DNA from: Candidatus Limnocylindrales bacterium
GTDB taxonomy: Bacteria > Chloroflexota > Limnocylindria > Limnocylindrales > CSP1-4
Reading direction: 5' to 3'
Assembly: GCA_038214255.1 (NCBI GenBank)
Contig: JBBQRZ010000008.1
Location: forward strand, 23,832-87,831
Length of the DNA: 64,000 bases
The notes beneath the pieces are model-generated. The model saw only the letters and a program-made list of their open reading frames with translations, was not told the DNA's origin and ran no database searches. The translations under genes and the position numbers were made by a program. This document shows, piece after piece, positions 20,585-30,348 of the stretch; position 1 is the first letter of the stretch; each line of letters begins with the position of its first letter.

Positions 20585-20824
20585 ATGCCATCGGCCAACG
20601 ACTGGATCCTGCTCTCCGAGGCCCAGGCGATCCTCGCCGCGGCCAACGTCCACTTCACGACCTCGACGATCGGCGGGTGGGCCCGGGACGGCCGGCTCCA
20701 GAGCATCAAGCTCGGCGGACGGCGCTATGTCCGCCGCGGGCAGATCCGCGCGCTGATCGCGGGGCCGCGTCGCGTTCCCGCGGACGCCGTTCAGCCGGCT
20801 CTGTTCGACGAGCTCCGGGACTGA
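20585..20824 (+). CDS. Excisionase-family helix-turn-helix DNA-binding protein
   Basis: ILLSEAQAIL...WARDGRLQSIKLGGRRYVRRGQIRALI matches HTH_17-like architecture. Start is 4 bp after the fmdB-like stop. Confidence 0.55.
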   Translation: MPSANDWILLSEAQAILAAANVHFTTSTIGGWARDGRLQSIKLGGRRYVRRGQIRALIAGPRRVPADAVQPALFDELRD

Positions 20825-20836
20825 CCCCGCGCGCCA

Positions 20837-21748
20837 ATGGACGTGGCCATCGTGCTAGGACAGTTCCTCGACCGGCCGCGGGTTGCCTACGTTCGGTCGG
20901 TGCTCGACGTCTACGGTCGGGCGCCCGGCGGACTGCTGGCGAACGGTCTCGCGTTCGCTGCCCTTTTCTCGGCATTCCCGATCGCGTTCGTGACCCTCGG
21001 GGTAGCCGGCTTGCTCATCGGCAATCCGGCCGACCGGGCGGTCCTGGCCGAGTCGATCGCCGCCGTCGCCCCGCCGCTCCGCGAGGTCGTCGACGAGGCC
21101 GTGGCGGCCCTGGCCTCGGGCGCGGCGGTCACGTCGATCGTCGGCGTCGTCGGCCTCATCTGGACGGTCAGCCAGTTCTACGTGACGCTTGACGTGGCCT
21201 TCTCGCGGATCTTCACCGATCGACCGGAGCGTGACGTGTTCCGGCGCGTGGCCCGCGGGTTCGCGTGGGTGGCCGGGCTCGTGGGGATCGTCGTTGTGCT
21301 TATCGTCGCGGGGACGCTCGCCGCGGCCGCCAAGACATTCCTGCCGGAGTCGTACGGGACCCTCTGGAAGGTCGGCGACGTGCTCGCTTCGCCACTGGTG
21401 CTCGTCGGGGTCGGCGTCCTCGTCGTTCTGGTCGTCTACCGGGTCGTGCCGCCGCGGGCACCATCCTGGGGCGCGATCTGGCTGCCGGCCATCGTGGCCG
21501 GCCTGGCGATCGTCGCCCTCAGCCAGCTCTTCCTGTTCCTCGCTCCGCGCCTCATCGGCTCGGCTGCGCTCGCGGGATCGCTCGCAACCGCGTTCGTGGC
21601 CCTGGCCTGGCTGTCGTTCACGTTCCAGGCGCTGTTGTACGGCGCGGCCTGGGTCCGGGTACGCGACGAGGGAGCGCCTGGGACGGGCGGTTCAGCCCTG
21701 CCGGGTGCCGCAACGGCGGCAGAATCGGGCGGTCGCGGAGAGCGATAG
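20837..21748 (+). CDS. YihY/BrkB family inner membrane protein
   Basis: [15 protein letters not shown] and [15 protein letters not shown] motifs; multiple TM segments. Confidence 0.8.
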   Translation: MDVAIVLGQFLDRPRVAYVRSVLDVYGRAPGGLLANGLAFAALFSAFPIAFVTLGVAGLLIGNPADRAVLAESIAAVAPPLREVVDEAVAALASGAAVTSIVGVVGLIWTVSQFYVTLDVAFSRIFTDRPERDVFRRVARGFAWVAGLVGIVVVLIVAGTLAAAAKTFLPESYGTLWKVGDVLASPLVLVGVGVLVVLVVYRVVPPRAPSWGAIWLPAIVAGLAIVALSQLFLFLAPRLIGSAALAGSLATAFVALAWLSFTFQALLYGAAWVRVRDEGAPGTGGSALPGAATAAESGGRGER

Positions 21749-23230
21749 TCCGCAGCTGACACAGGCCTGGACGCCGCTCTTTGCGGCGGTTGCGACGGGA
21801 GCGGCCGTCACCTCGCGAGCCGATTCGGCCCAGAGCTGTTCGATCCCTCCGCTCGCCACGGCCGGCCGGCCAAAGGACGGGAGTCCACCGGCGCCGCGGT
21901 CGGCGGGCCACTCGGGCTGAGCCGGCCAGTTGGGGTTCGTCGATGCAGTGCTCGGTTCGACCGGTGCACGGAACGGTCCCGCTGGCGGGACCGCGATGGG
22001 CTGATCGCCGGCGCCGGGAGCGGGCACATCGGGTGCCACGATCCGCCAGGTCGGCTGTTCGACGACATCGCGACGGGCTTCCTCGGCCGCGACGACCGGC
22101 TCGGGCTCGGGCCCCGGTGCGGCGGCAACGACCGGCTCGGGCTCGGGCTCCGGTGCGGCGGCGATAACCGGCTCGGGTTCGGGCTCCAGCACGGCGGCGA
22201 TAACCGGCTCGGGTTCGGGTTCAGGTACGGCGGCGATAACCGGCTCGGGTTCGGGTTCCGGTACGGCGGCGACGACCGGCTCGGGCTCCAGCGCGGCGGC
22301 GACGGGCTCGGGAGCCGCGGCGATGACTGGATGGAGCTCGGGCTCCGGTCCGGCTGCGGCGATCGGCTCAACCTCGGGCTCGGCTGGGACCAGCTCGGCC
22401 TCGAACGCGGCGAGCTCGTCGTCGAGACTCTGGCCCGGGCGGAATCGCCGGAGGAGGTCCGTCGTCTGCTCCGCCGCCGCCGCGGCGCGTTCATCGGGAT
22501 CCTCGGCAGCATCGCTCGTCGGCGGGACCGGCGTGACCGGACGCGGGGCGATGGGCGCCGCACCGATGTCAGCCAGGCGTGCGGCGGCATCGATCGGCTC
22601 GAGACCCTCATCCTCGTCGAATCCGGTGCCAGCGATCTCGCCTGCCTCGAACTCGTCCGCTCGCGCCCGGAGCAGATCCCAGGCTGGCGCTTCCTCGGCC
22701 CGCAGAGCGCCTGGCTCGACCGTCGCGTCGAGCCCGGACGCGAGGTCGACCGTCGGTAGTTCGTCGCGAAGCAGATCGCTGGTTGGCCAGGCCATGGCGT
22801 CAGCCATCGGGGGCGGTTCGTGATGTCCGTTCGGCCCGCCGTTCCCCCCGTTGGTCTCGAGGCCCGCGGCCGGGTCGAGGTGGGGGAATGGGGCTTGCAG
22901 GATGTCGTGGCCCAGGTGCGGCGCGCACGACAGGCACTGGCCCTCGGCCTCGTTCCAGCAGTTGCCGCACGTGTACTGGCGGCAGGACATGCAGAAGTTG
23001 AAGGTCTTGTGGAACGCGTCGAGCTGGTGGGTCGTGACTTCTCGGTCGGACTCGCTGCGCGCGGCCGCCATCGCCTCGTCCAACGACGTGTCGTCGGACA
23101 TGACGAAGTTCTTGAGGCCGCGGGAGAGGACCTTGACGCCCCTGAGGCGCGGCCCGCGGGGCGCCCCGGACTCGAAGGTGTAGCGCGTGCCGCACCGTTC
23201 GCAGAAGGATTCGGTCAAGATCTCGGGCAT
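21692..23230 (-). CDS. Double zinc-ribbon protein with acidic Pro/Glu/Ala tandem-repeat linker ([11 protein letters not shown] repeats)
   Basis: N-terminal CERCG...[14 protein letters not shown]...CLSCAP and C-terminal CVSCG...CRRCG. Start set at MPEILTESF; the upstream part of ORF 21692..24022 overlaps fhaA and was rejected. Confidence 0.65.
   Translation of the reverse strand: MPEILTESFCERCGTRYTFESGAPRGPRLRGVKVLSRGLKNFVMSDDTSLDEAMAAARSESDREVTTHQLDAFHKTFNFCMSCRQYTCGNCWNEAEGQCLSCAPHLGHDILQAPFPHLDPAAGLETNGGNGGPNGHHEPPPMADAMAWPTSDLLRDELPTVDLASGLDATVEPGALRAEEAPAWDLLRARADEFEAGEIAGTGFDEDEGLEPIDAAARLADIGAAPIAPRPVTPVPPTSDAAEDPDERAAAAAEQTTDLLRRFRPGQSLDDELAAFEAELVPAEPEVEPIAAAGPEPELHPVIAAAPEPVAAALEPEPVVAAVPEPEPEPVIAAVPEPEPEPVIAAVLEPEPEPVIAAAPEPEPEPVVAAAPGPEPEPVVAAEEARRDVVEQPTWRIVAPDVPAPGAGDQPIAVPPAGPFRAPVEPSTASTNPNWPAQPEWPADRGAGGLPSFGRPAVASGGIEQLWAESAREVTAAPVATAAKSGVQACVSCGLSLSATARFCRRCGTRQG
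22091..22270. repeat. Five tandem copies of a 36-bp coding repeat (gaynaccggctcgggytcgggytcnrgyrcggcggc), plus degenerate copies on both sides
   Basis: Direct inspection. Encodes the [11 protein letters not shown] 12-aa repeats of the zinc-ribbon protein on the minus strand. Confidence 0.7.
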
Positions 23231-23383
23231 CGGGTCCCCGGAGCAGGGTCGCTGGACAAGTTCAGGCCGGACGGACCACCCGAACGAGGCGAGAGTATAC
23301 CCCCACGTGCTGTGCGCCCCAGCACCGGGGGTACTGACGACACACGCGGATGGTCCCTCCCGGGGGCGCTCGGGACCCTCTGC

Positions 23384-23389
23384 TAGACT
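23384..23389 (+). promoter_or_regulatory. Extended -10-like element TGC-TAGACT 12 nt upstream of the fhaA ATG
   Basis: ctcTGCTAGACTccgccaccgaccATG; same motif as upstream of tRNA-Leu. Confidence 0.35.
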
Positions 23390-23401
23390 CCGCCACCGAC
23401 C

Positions 23402-24190
23402 ATGCCGCCGCTGGCCGCCATCGAGCGGTTCTTCGAACGCCTCTTCGAGCGTCCGTCCGCGCGTCTCTTCCGGGCACGTCTCCAGCCGGTCCAGCTGCAG
23501 CGTCGGATCGAGCGTGCGATGGAGGCGGATCGGCTCGCTACCGCCGACCGCACCCTTGTCCCGAACCGCTTCGTCGTCCATCTCAATCCCGACGACCTCG
23601 TCAAGTTCGGCGACATGACGGACAGCCTCGCATCGGAGCTCGCCGATGGCGCGCTTGTCTTCGCCCGGGCCCGCCGCTACACGCTCGTCGATCGACCTCG
23701 CGTCGATCTGCTGAGCGACCCGACCGTCGACCGAGCCGATATCCGGGTGACCGCGCGGTATGCCGATCCGATCCCCGGACGCGACGAGCGCGTGCCCCAC
23801 GAGCTCGATCTCGACGAAGCCGGCGACGACTCGCGCGGCCCGGTCCGCGCCGACACGATGGTCTACACGATCCCACGGCCCAGCGCGCCGCGCGCCCGGT
23901 TGCGGGTCACGAGCCAGGAGGGCGCGAGCCGAACCTGCGACTTCGACGGCGGTGGCTTCACGATCGGCCGAGCGGCCGACAACGATCTCGTGCTCCCTGA
24001 CGGTGGCGTCTCGCGCCACCACGCCCGGATCGTGGGTCGGCGAGGGACGCTGGTCTACACCGACTTGGGCAGCACCAACGGGTCGCGGGTGAATGGCGTG
24101 ACCGTCGGGGAGCTGGTGCTCGGCGCGGGCGACCGCATCGAGCTGGGCGATACCGTCATCGTCGTCGAGGTCGCCGGGGACGTGCCCTAG
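23402..24190 (+). CDS. fhaA: FHA domain protein FhaA (DUF3662 N-domain plus C-terminal FHA)
   Basis: [11 protein letters not shown] at the N-terminus; FHA core [23 protein letters not shown]...[14 protein letters not shown]. Confidence 0.8.
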   Translation: MPPLAAIERFFERLFERPSARLFRARLQPVQLQRRIERAMEADRLATADRTLVPNRFVVHLNPDDLVKFGDMTDSLASELADGALVFARARRYTLVDRPRVDLLSDPTVDRADIRVTARYADPIPGRDERVPHELDLDEAGDDSRGPVRADTMVYTIPRPSAPRARLRVTSQEGASRTCDFDGGGFTIGRAADNDLVLPDGGVSRHHARIVGRRGTLVYTDLGSTNGSRVNGVTVGELVLGAGDRIELGDTVIVVEVAGDVP

Positions 24191-24631
24191 ATGGACGGGT
24201 TCCTGGCCGTCATCTGGATCGTCCGGCTCCTGTTCCTCGCCCTCCTGTATCTATTTCTCGCCAGGGTCGTGCGCTCGCTGCTGCGCGACCTGCGGGCGGC
24301 GGCGCGAGAGCCATCGAGCTCGCTCGGCCGCCTGATCGTCCTCGACTCGCCGAGCGGCGAGCCGCCGCAGGGCCGCTCGTTCGATCTCGACGCGATCACG
24401 ACACTCGGGCGGGACGTCAACAACGCGATCGTCATCGAAGACCCGTTCGCCTCGGCCGAGCACGCCGTATTGACATACCGCGGCCAGAGCTGGTACGTGG
24501 AGGATCTCGGGAGCACGAACGGGACCTATGTCAACGGAGGCCCGGTCGCCGACCTGTCGCCACTCGGGTATGGCGATGAGGTCGCGATCGGCCAGGTCCG
24601 GTTGCGCCTCGAGCGAGCGCGGCCCGCATGA
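24191..24631 (+). CDS. fhaB: FHA domain membrane protein FhaB/FipA-like
   Basis: N-terminal TM helix then FHA ([22 protein letters not shown]...[14 protein letters not shown]). ATG abuts the fhaA stop. Confidence 0.75.
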   Translation: MDGFLAVIWIVRLLFLALLYLFLARVVRSLLRDLRAAAREPSSSLGRLIVLDSPSGEPPQGRSFDLDAITTLGRDVNNAIVIEDPFASAEHAVLTYRGQSWYVEDLGSTNGTYVNGGPVADLSPLGYGDEVAIGQVRLRLERARPA

Positions 24632-24641
24632 GCTCGTCCGC

Positions 24642-26069
24642 GTGAGCGTGAGCCCCCGGGCGGCATCGGCGCCGACGCTGCCGCGGATCCTAGGGCCGAT
24701 CCACCCCCGGCCGCGGTGGACGGAGGCGCGCCTGCTCGGGATCGTCGCGGTGGCGCTCATCGTCGGAAGCCTGTCGCTCGGCATGACGCTCGCGCATCGG
24801 TTCGCCCCCTACGACGCGGGCGGGCTCGCGATCTACCTCGCCGCGCTGGGTGGCGCGCACGTCGCCCAGGTCCTGGCCGGACGCCGATCCGACCAGATCC
24901 TCCTGCCCGCCGTCGGCCTCCTCGGGGGGATATCGCTGCTGCTCATGCAGCGGCTGCCGCAGGATCTCGTGACGCTCAAGGTCGGTGGCTCGACGATCGG
25001 CCTCGGCGACATCCAGCTCGCTTGGCTGTGCCTCGCGATCGCCGTCGCCACGACCCTCGGGATCGTCGTCCGCTCGGACACCTGGCTGCGTCGCTACAAG
25101 TACACCTGGGCGGCGGTCGGCATCGCGCTGCTGCTGCTCACGTTCGTGCTCGGGGTGGACGTCGGCGGCCAGCGGTTGACTCTCCGGATCGGACCGGTCA
25201 GCGGCCAGCCCTCGGAGCTGCTAAAGGTCATCCTCGTCGTGTTCCTCGCCGGATACCTTTCCGAGAACCGGCCGCTGCTGATCGAGCAGGACACGCGCCT
25301 CGGGCCGCTACGCCTGCCGCCGCTGCCGTACCTCGCGCCGATGGTCGCGATGTGGGCGATCGCGCTCGGCATCGTCGTCGTCCAGCGCGATCTCGGCGCC
25401 GCCCTGCTGTTCTACGCGGTCTTCCTGGCTCTGCTGTACGCGGCGACCGGCCGGCTGAGCCTGGTCCTCATCGGTCTCGTCCTGTTCGTCCTGGGGAGCG
25501 CGCTCATGGCGTCGCTGTTCGACCACGTGCGCGCGCGGATCGACATCTGGATCGATCCCTTCGCCGACCCGCTCGGGACCGGCTACCAGATCGTCCAGTC
25601 GCTCCACGCCTTCGCCCGAGGCGGGCTCCTCGGGGTGGGGCTCGGTGCCGGGCTGCCGATGGTCGGGGGGCGGCTGCCGATCCCGGAGATCCATACCGAC
25701 TTCCCCCTCGCCGCGCTCGGCGAGGAGCTCGGGCTCGTGGGGGTCATCGCGATCCTGGGCGTGTACCTGGTCGTGGTCGAGCGCGGCCTGCGGATCGGCG
25801 CCTCGGCCGCCGACGACTTCCGCTCGATCCTCGCGACCGGCCTGGCCCTCGTCATCGGCGTCCAGGCGGTGATCATCGCGGCGGGCGACCTCAAGGTCCT
25901 GCCGCTCACCGGCGTCACCTTGCCGTTCATCAGCTACGGCGGCTCCTCGCTCCTCGCGAATGCGGTGGTGGTCGGCCTGCTCCTGGCGCTCTCGGACAAG
26001 GGCGTCGAGCCGCCCCCGCCGCCGACGGCCGGCGGCTGGCGGTCGCGCCTGCGGCGACGGCCGCGCTGA
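24642..26069 (+). CDS. rodA: FtsW/RodA/SpoVE family peptidoglycan glycosyltransferase
   Basis: Ten or more TM segments and the conserved GVGLGAG...PEIHTDF region. GTG start inferred 10 nt after the fhaB stop; the upstream part of ORF 24528 overlaps fhaB. Confidence 0.8.
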   Translation: MSVSPRAASAPTLPRILGPIHPRPRWTEARLLGIVAVALIVGSLSLGMTLAHRFAPYDAGGLAIYLAALGGAHVAQVLAGRRSDQILLPAVGLLGGISLLLMQRLPQDLVTLKVGGSTIGLGDIQLAWLCLAIAVATTLGIVVRSDTWLRRYKYTWAAVGIALLLLTFVLGVDVGGQRLTLRIGPVSGQPSELLKVILVVFLAGYLSENRPLLIEQDTRLGPLRLPPLPYLAPMVAMWAIALGIVVVQRDLGAALLFYAVFLALLYAATGRLSLVLIGLVLFVLGSALMASLFDHVRARIDIWIDPFADPLGTGYQIVQSLHAFARGGLLGVGLGAGLPMVGGRLPIPEIHTDFPLAALGEELGLVGVIAILGVYLVVVERGLRIGASAADDFRSILATGLALVIGVQAVIIAAGDLKVLPLTGVTLPFISYGGSSLLANAVVVGLLLALSDKGVEPPPPPTAGGWRSRLRRRPR

Positions 26070-27562
26070 TGCTCGCCACCTCGTCGCGGCGCCGCCCGCT
26101 CGGTCGGACGATCCTCCACGTCGCGATCGTCATCTCGATGGCCTTCGGCGTGCTGGCGGGCGCAGGCGGCTACTGGTCGGTCGTCGTGGCGCCGGATCTC
26201 GTCCGCTCCCCGTACGACCCGGCGGTGATCGCCGCCGCCCGGACGGTCCCGCGCGGCAAGATCCTCGATCGTGCCGGCCTGGTCCTTGCCCGCAACGCGA
26301 AGGACGCCAACGGCGAGTTCTACCGCGTCTACCGGGGACCGGCGATCAGCCAGGTCGTCGGGTACGCCTCGGGGACCTACGGCCGGGCCGGCCTCGAGCG
26401 GGGCTACGACGCCGAGCTCACCGGGCTCGCCGGCGACGCCCTCACAGGCGCGTTCCGCAAGTTCGGCGCCAGCCAGTACGACCCGAGCGATCTCGTCCTC
26501 TCACTCGACTACGGCCTCCAGCGGGATGCCGTCCGGGCGCTCGGCAACCGGCGCGGGGCCATCGTCATGCTCGACCCGACGACTGGTGAGGTTCGCGCGC
26601 TCGCCTCGACGCCGACCTATGACGCCTCGAAGATCACCGATCCGGCCACCGCGGCGACGGCGTTCGCCGCGCTCCAGGACGACAAGGACCAGCCGCTCCT
26701 GCCGCGCGCGACGCTGGGGCGGTACGTGCCGGGCTCCGTGTTCAAGATCGTGACCGCGATGGCCGGGCTTGGCTCGGGTGCGATCACGCCGTCGACGACC
26801 TACAAGGAACAGCCAGCTGCCGAGAAACGCGGGCTGATGGTGAAGGGATTCCGGGTGCACGACGGCCATCATCCGCAGACGGGCTCGACGCCGCTCGATC
26901 TTGTCAGCGCCACCGAGGTGTCGTGCAACATCTGGTACGCGCTGACCGGCCTGCGCACCGGCGGCGCCGACCTGGTCGCCTACGCCGGCCGGCTCGGTTT
27001 CGGTGCGCCGTTGCCGTTCGACCTCCCGACCGCGGCGTCGCAGGTGACCGGCGGAACCGGGAAGGCCCCGGGCGGGTTCGTCGACGACGTGGAGCTTGCC
27101 AACGCGTCCTACGGCCAGGGCGAGACGTTCGTGACTCCGCTCCAGATGGCACTGGTCGCGGCGACGGTGGCAAACGATGGGGCGCTCATGCGCCCACGCC
27201 TCGTGACCGCCCTGCGCAACAAGGGTGGGGAGCGCCAGATCGGCCCAGAACGTCTGCGCCAGGTCATCCCGGCCGACGAGGCGAAGGCCATCAACTCGGC
27301 GATGGTCGCCGCCGTCGAGGGTCCATTGGGCCGCCTGTTCACGACCGGGTCGAAGGTCCCAGGTGTGACGACCGCCGGCAAGTCCGGAACGGCCGAGCTC
27401 GGCGGCACAGGAGAACCGCACTCATGGTTCATCGGCTTCGCCCCGGCCGAGGCACCGCGGATCGCGATCGCCGTGCTCGTCGAGCAGGCCGGGCGCGGTG
27501 GCGAGGTGGCGGCGCCCATCGCCGGCCAGCTCATGGCCGGCTACCTGGCGGCGAACCCGTGA
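26069..27562 (+). CDS. pbpA: Penicillin-binding protein (class B transpeptidase, PbpA-like)
   Basis: N-terminal TM helix, SxxK (PGSVFK), and KSGTAE near the C-terminus. ATG overlaps the rodA stop (TGATG). Confidence 0.85.
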   Translation: MLATSSRRRPLGRTILHVAIVISMAFGVLAGAGGYWSVVVAPDLVRSPYDPAVIAAARTVPRGKILDRAGLVLARNAKDANGEFYRVYRGPAISQVVGYASGTYGRAGLERGYDAELTGLAGDALTGAFRKFGASQYDPSDLVLSLDYGLQRDAVRALGNRRGAIVMLDPTTGEVRALASTPTYDASKITDPATAATAFAALQDDKDQPLLPRATLGRYVPGSVFKIVTAMAGLGSGAITPSTTYKEQPAAEKRGLMVKGFRVHDGHHPQTGSTPLDLVSATEVSCNIWYALTGLRTGGADLVAYAGRLGFGAPLPFDLPTAASQVTGGTGKAPGGFVDDVELANASYGQGETFVTPLQMALVAATVANDGALMRPRLVTALRNKGGERQIGPERLRQVIPADEAKAINSAMVAAVEGPLGRLFTTGSKVPGVTTAGKSGTAELGGTGEPHSWFIGFAPAEAPRIAIAVLVEQAGRGGEVAAPIAGQLMAGYLAANP

Positions 27563-27840
27563 CCGACCCTGACGACCGCGGGCCCGAGGAGCGGCCGGGC
27601 CGGGCCACGCCGGTTCGAGACGTGCCGCCCCCTGACGCGCCGGCCCCCGATGTGGCGCGGACGCCGCGCCCCTGGATCGAGCGCATCGGCCTCGCCGCGA
27701 TCGCGACCGTGCTCGCGCTGATGTTCGGCGGCGTCGCGGCCTCGGCCTGGGTCGGCGGGGAGCCGTTCCTCGCGGTCATGGGTGGGATCGGCTGCCTGAT
27801 GACGGCCTGGGTCGGCGGACTGACGCTGTTCCGCGGCTGA
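27559..27840 (+). CDS. Small two-TM membrane protein
   Basis: GTG overlaps the pbpA stop (GTGA). Pro-rich N-terminus then two hydrophobic helices. Confidence 0.35.
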   Translation: MTDPDDRGPEERPGRATPVRDVPPPDAPAPDVARTPRPWIERIGLAAIATVLALMFGGVAASAWVGGEPFLAVMGGIGCLMTAWVGGLTLFRG

Positions 27841-28035
27841 AGGTTCGCGCGGAATGAGCGATTCGCCCCGGCGCAATGCCGTTCGGATCATGCCGCCGAA
27901 CGCCGCTTCGGAACCGATTTGACGGAACCGACGTACTATCCTGCGACACCACGGACCAGCACTGTGGTTCGTCGCACCCCCGAACGCCCGACCCCGGCGA
28001 TGCCGCACACGTCGCCGCAGCCGCGAGAGAGGCCG

Positions 28036-29052
28036 ATGTCGAAGATCCAGGAAACCGGGGACCGAGTCCTCGCCAACGTCGAGCGAGTCATCGTCGGCAA
28101 GCACCACGAGGTCCGCCTCGCGCTTGTCGCCCTCCTCTGCCGGGGCCACCTGCTCATCGAGGATGTGCCGGGGACCGGGAAGACCGTCCTGGCCAAGGCC
28201 ATCGCGCGAAGTCTCGGCTGTTCGTTCCGGCGCATCCAGTTCACGCCGGACCTCCTGCCCTCAGACGTTTCGGGCCTGTCGATCTACAACCAGAAGACCC
28301 AGGAGTTCGAGTTCCGGCCCGGACCGATCATGAGCCAGGTCGTGCTCGCCGACGAGATCAACCGGGCCACTCCCAAGACGCAGTCGGCGCTGCTCGAGTG
28401 CATGGAAGAGCGCCAGGCCACCATCGACGGAACGACCTATCCGATGCCCGACCCGTTCCTCGTCATCGCCACGCAGAACCCGATCGAGTACGAGGGCACG
28501 TTCGCCCTGCCGGAGGCCCAGCTCGACCGGTTCATGCTCCGGATCCGCCTCGGCTACCCTCAGCCGATCGAGGAGATCCTGATCCTCGACGAGCAGAAGC
28601 GCAGCCACCCGCTTGAGGAGATCGAGGAGGTCCTGAGCGTCGAAGAGCTACGCAGCCTCCAGGACGCCGTCCGTGAGATCTACGTCGATCCGACGGTCGC
28701 CGACTACATCGTCCGGGTCGTCAACGCCACGCGCAGCCATCCCGACGTCTACCTGGGCGCCTCGCCGCGCGGGTCGATCGCGCTCTACCGCGCCGGCCAG
28801 GCGCTGGCGGGGCTGCTCGGGCGCGACTATGTGATCCCCGACGACGTCAAGGCCCTCGCGGAGCCGGCCCTCGCCCACCGCCTGATCATCAAGACGAGCT
28901 CATCGATCCACGACGTCCAGGCCGGCCAGGTCGTGCGCGAGATCCTCGACGCCACTGCGATCGACGGCATCCGGCCGACCGGCGGCGGACCCACCGAGAT
29001 CCGACGGTCCGCCGCATCGAGTCGCGCGGGCACCAGCGCCGCCGGCGCCTAG
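28036..29052 (+). CDS. MoxR family AAA+ ATPase
   Basis: [33 protein letters not shown], plus an arginine-finger region. GAGAGAGG ribosome-binding site before the ATG. Confidence 0.85.
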   Translation: MSKIQETGDRVLANVERVIVGKHHEVRLALVALLCRGHLLIEDVPGTGKTVLAKAIARSLGCSFRRIQFTPDLLPSDVSGLSIYNQKTQEFEFRPGPIMSQVVLADEINRATPKTQSALLECMEERQATIDGTTYPMPDPFLVIATQNPIEYEGTFALPEAQLDRFMLRIRLGYPQPIEEILILDEQKRSHPLEEIEEVLSVEELRSLQDAVREIYVDPTVADYIVRVVNATRSHPDVYLGASPRGSIALYRAGQALAGLLGRDYVIPDDVKALAEPALAHRLIIKTSSSIHDVQAGQVVREILDATAIDGIRPTGGGPTEIRRSAASSRAGTSAAGA

Positions 29053-29091
29053 TCCCTCGACGTCGAGCCAGCGAGCAACCGGGCGCGCGTC

Positions 29092-30348
29092 GTGATCCGC
29101 CGGCTGCAGTTCCTGGCCATCGCCACCGTCCTCATCGTGGCGTCGTTCTCGACCGGCCAGCCGTTCCTGTTCTATCTGCTCTATCTCGCGATCCTCGTCG
29201 TGGGTGGCTCGTACATTCTCGTCCGCCTCGGCCTGTCCGACCTGGAGGCCGGGTACGCGGTGAGCCAGCTCCACGGCCACGTCGGCGACCGGATGCGGGT
29301 CACGTACACGCTACGCAACGCCAGTCGCGTGCCCAAGCCGTGGCTCGAGGTCCACAACCCGACGACGCTGCCCGGCGGCCTGCCCGGGCGCGCCCTGCCG
29401 CTTGGCGGGCAGGCCGAGCGCTCGTGGCTGATCCGCGCCCCACTGACGCGTCGCGGCCATTTCCGGATCGAACCGCTCCACATCCGGACCGGCGATCCGT
29501 TCGGGTTCTACGAGGCTTCCGCGACCGTGGGTCAGGGGGTCAGCCTCGTCGTCTATCCGCGCCTGGAGCCACTGCCGGCCTGGCGCCTGCCGCCGGCAAG
29601 CCTCGAGGGCAGCCACGCCGCCCCCGAGCGGACCCTCCAGACGACGCCGCTCGCGACGACGGTCCGACCGTACGCGCCGGGCGACAGCATGAACCGCATC
29701 CACTGGCGCTCGACGGCGCGGCACGGTGACATCCAAGTCAAGGAGTTCGACCTGGAGCAGACCGCCGACGCATGGATCATCCTCGACCTCCAGCGCGCCA
29801 TCCAGGCCGGCCACGGCGACGATTCGACGACCGAGGTGGCCATCCGGGCGGCCGCCTCGATCGCCGACAGGGCGCTTACCGAAAACCGGGCGGTGGGGAT
29901 GACCGTCAACGCCGGCCGAACCGCGTTCCTGCCCGCCGATCGCGGCGGGCGCCAGCATCAGAAGATCATGCAGCTCCTCGCCGCCGTCGAGGCGGATCCG
30001 GGTAGCCCGCTCGTCGAGACGCTGATCGGCTCGGTCGGGCGCCTGCGGCGGGGGATGACCGCGGTTGTGATCACGGCCTCGAGCGATCCGGCCTGGGTCC
30101 GGCCGCTGGCGGCGCTCCGGACCCGGGGCGTGGCCTGCGTCGTCGTCGCGCTCGACGCCCCGGCCTTCGCCCAGGCCGAGCTCGAGGCACGCGCCGCCGC
30201 TACCGGCGAACCCGTCGTCCTCGATCCGGCGGCAACCGAGACCGCCGCCAAGCGTGCCCGCGCGTTGCGCCACGCCCTGGCCGAGTACGAGCTCAGATCG
30301 TTCACGGTCCGGCCGGGCCGCCCGCTCGGGGAGATGCTCGCTCGATGA
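29092..30348 (+). CDS. DUF58 domain protein (vWA-like partner of MoxR)
   Basis: Two N-terminal TM helices, a DUF58 core, GTG start. Confidence 0.8.
   Translation: MIRRLQFLAIATVLIVASFSTGQPFLFYLLYLAILVVGGSYILVRLGLSDLEAGYAVSQLHGHVGDRMRVTYTLRNASRVPKPWLEVHNPTTLPGGLPGRALPLGGQAERSWLIRAPLTRRGHFRIEPLHIRTGDPFGFYEASATVGQGVSLVVYPRLEPLPAWRLPPASLEGSHAAPERTLQTTPLATTVRPYAPGDSMNRIHWRSTARHGDIQVKEFDLEQTADAWIILDLQRAIQAGHGDDSTTEVAIRAAASIADRALTENRAVGMTVNAGRTAFLPADRGGRQHQKIMQLLAAVEADPGSPLVETLIGSVGRLRRGMTAVVITASSDPAWVRPLAALRTRGVACVVVALDAPAFAQAELEARAAATGEPVVLDPAATETAAKRARALRHALAEYELRSFTVRPGRPLGEMLAR

Noticed and set aside
20837-21748. Whether the 57-bp convergent overlap means the yihY-like gene should end earlier
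   Set aside because: No earlier in-frame stop exists, and convergent overlaps of this size occur in compact high-GC genomes. Kept both calls but flagged the overlap.
22091-22270. Considered whether the 36-bp tandem repeats could be a CRISPR array or minisatellite outside genes
   Set aside because: The repeats are contiguous with no unique spacers and lie inside a coding frame, where they encode the PEPEPVIAA linker. No cas genes are nearby.
23231-24022. The upstream 264 codons of minus-strand ORF 21692..24022, which overlap fhaA
   Set aside because: Open frames like this are common at 70% GC. The conserved zinc-ribbon N-terminus begins at the internal Met (MPEILTESF), and the overlapped region is occupied on the plus strand by a well-conserved FhaA domain.
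24716-26068. The 5' two-thirds of long ORF 24716..27562 (948 aa, Arg/Pro-rich)
   Set aside because: It is an alternative frame of rodA with low-complexity Arg/Pro/Gly content typical of a high-GC off-frame. Only the part from the ATG at 26069 matches a class B PBP.
27841-28035. Possible sigma-70 promoter (TTGACG ... TATCCT) or riboswitch in the 195-bp gap upstream of moxR
   Set aside because: The spacing between the candidate -35 and -10 is only about 12 nt. No conserved riboswitch-like structure is recognisable by eye.
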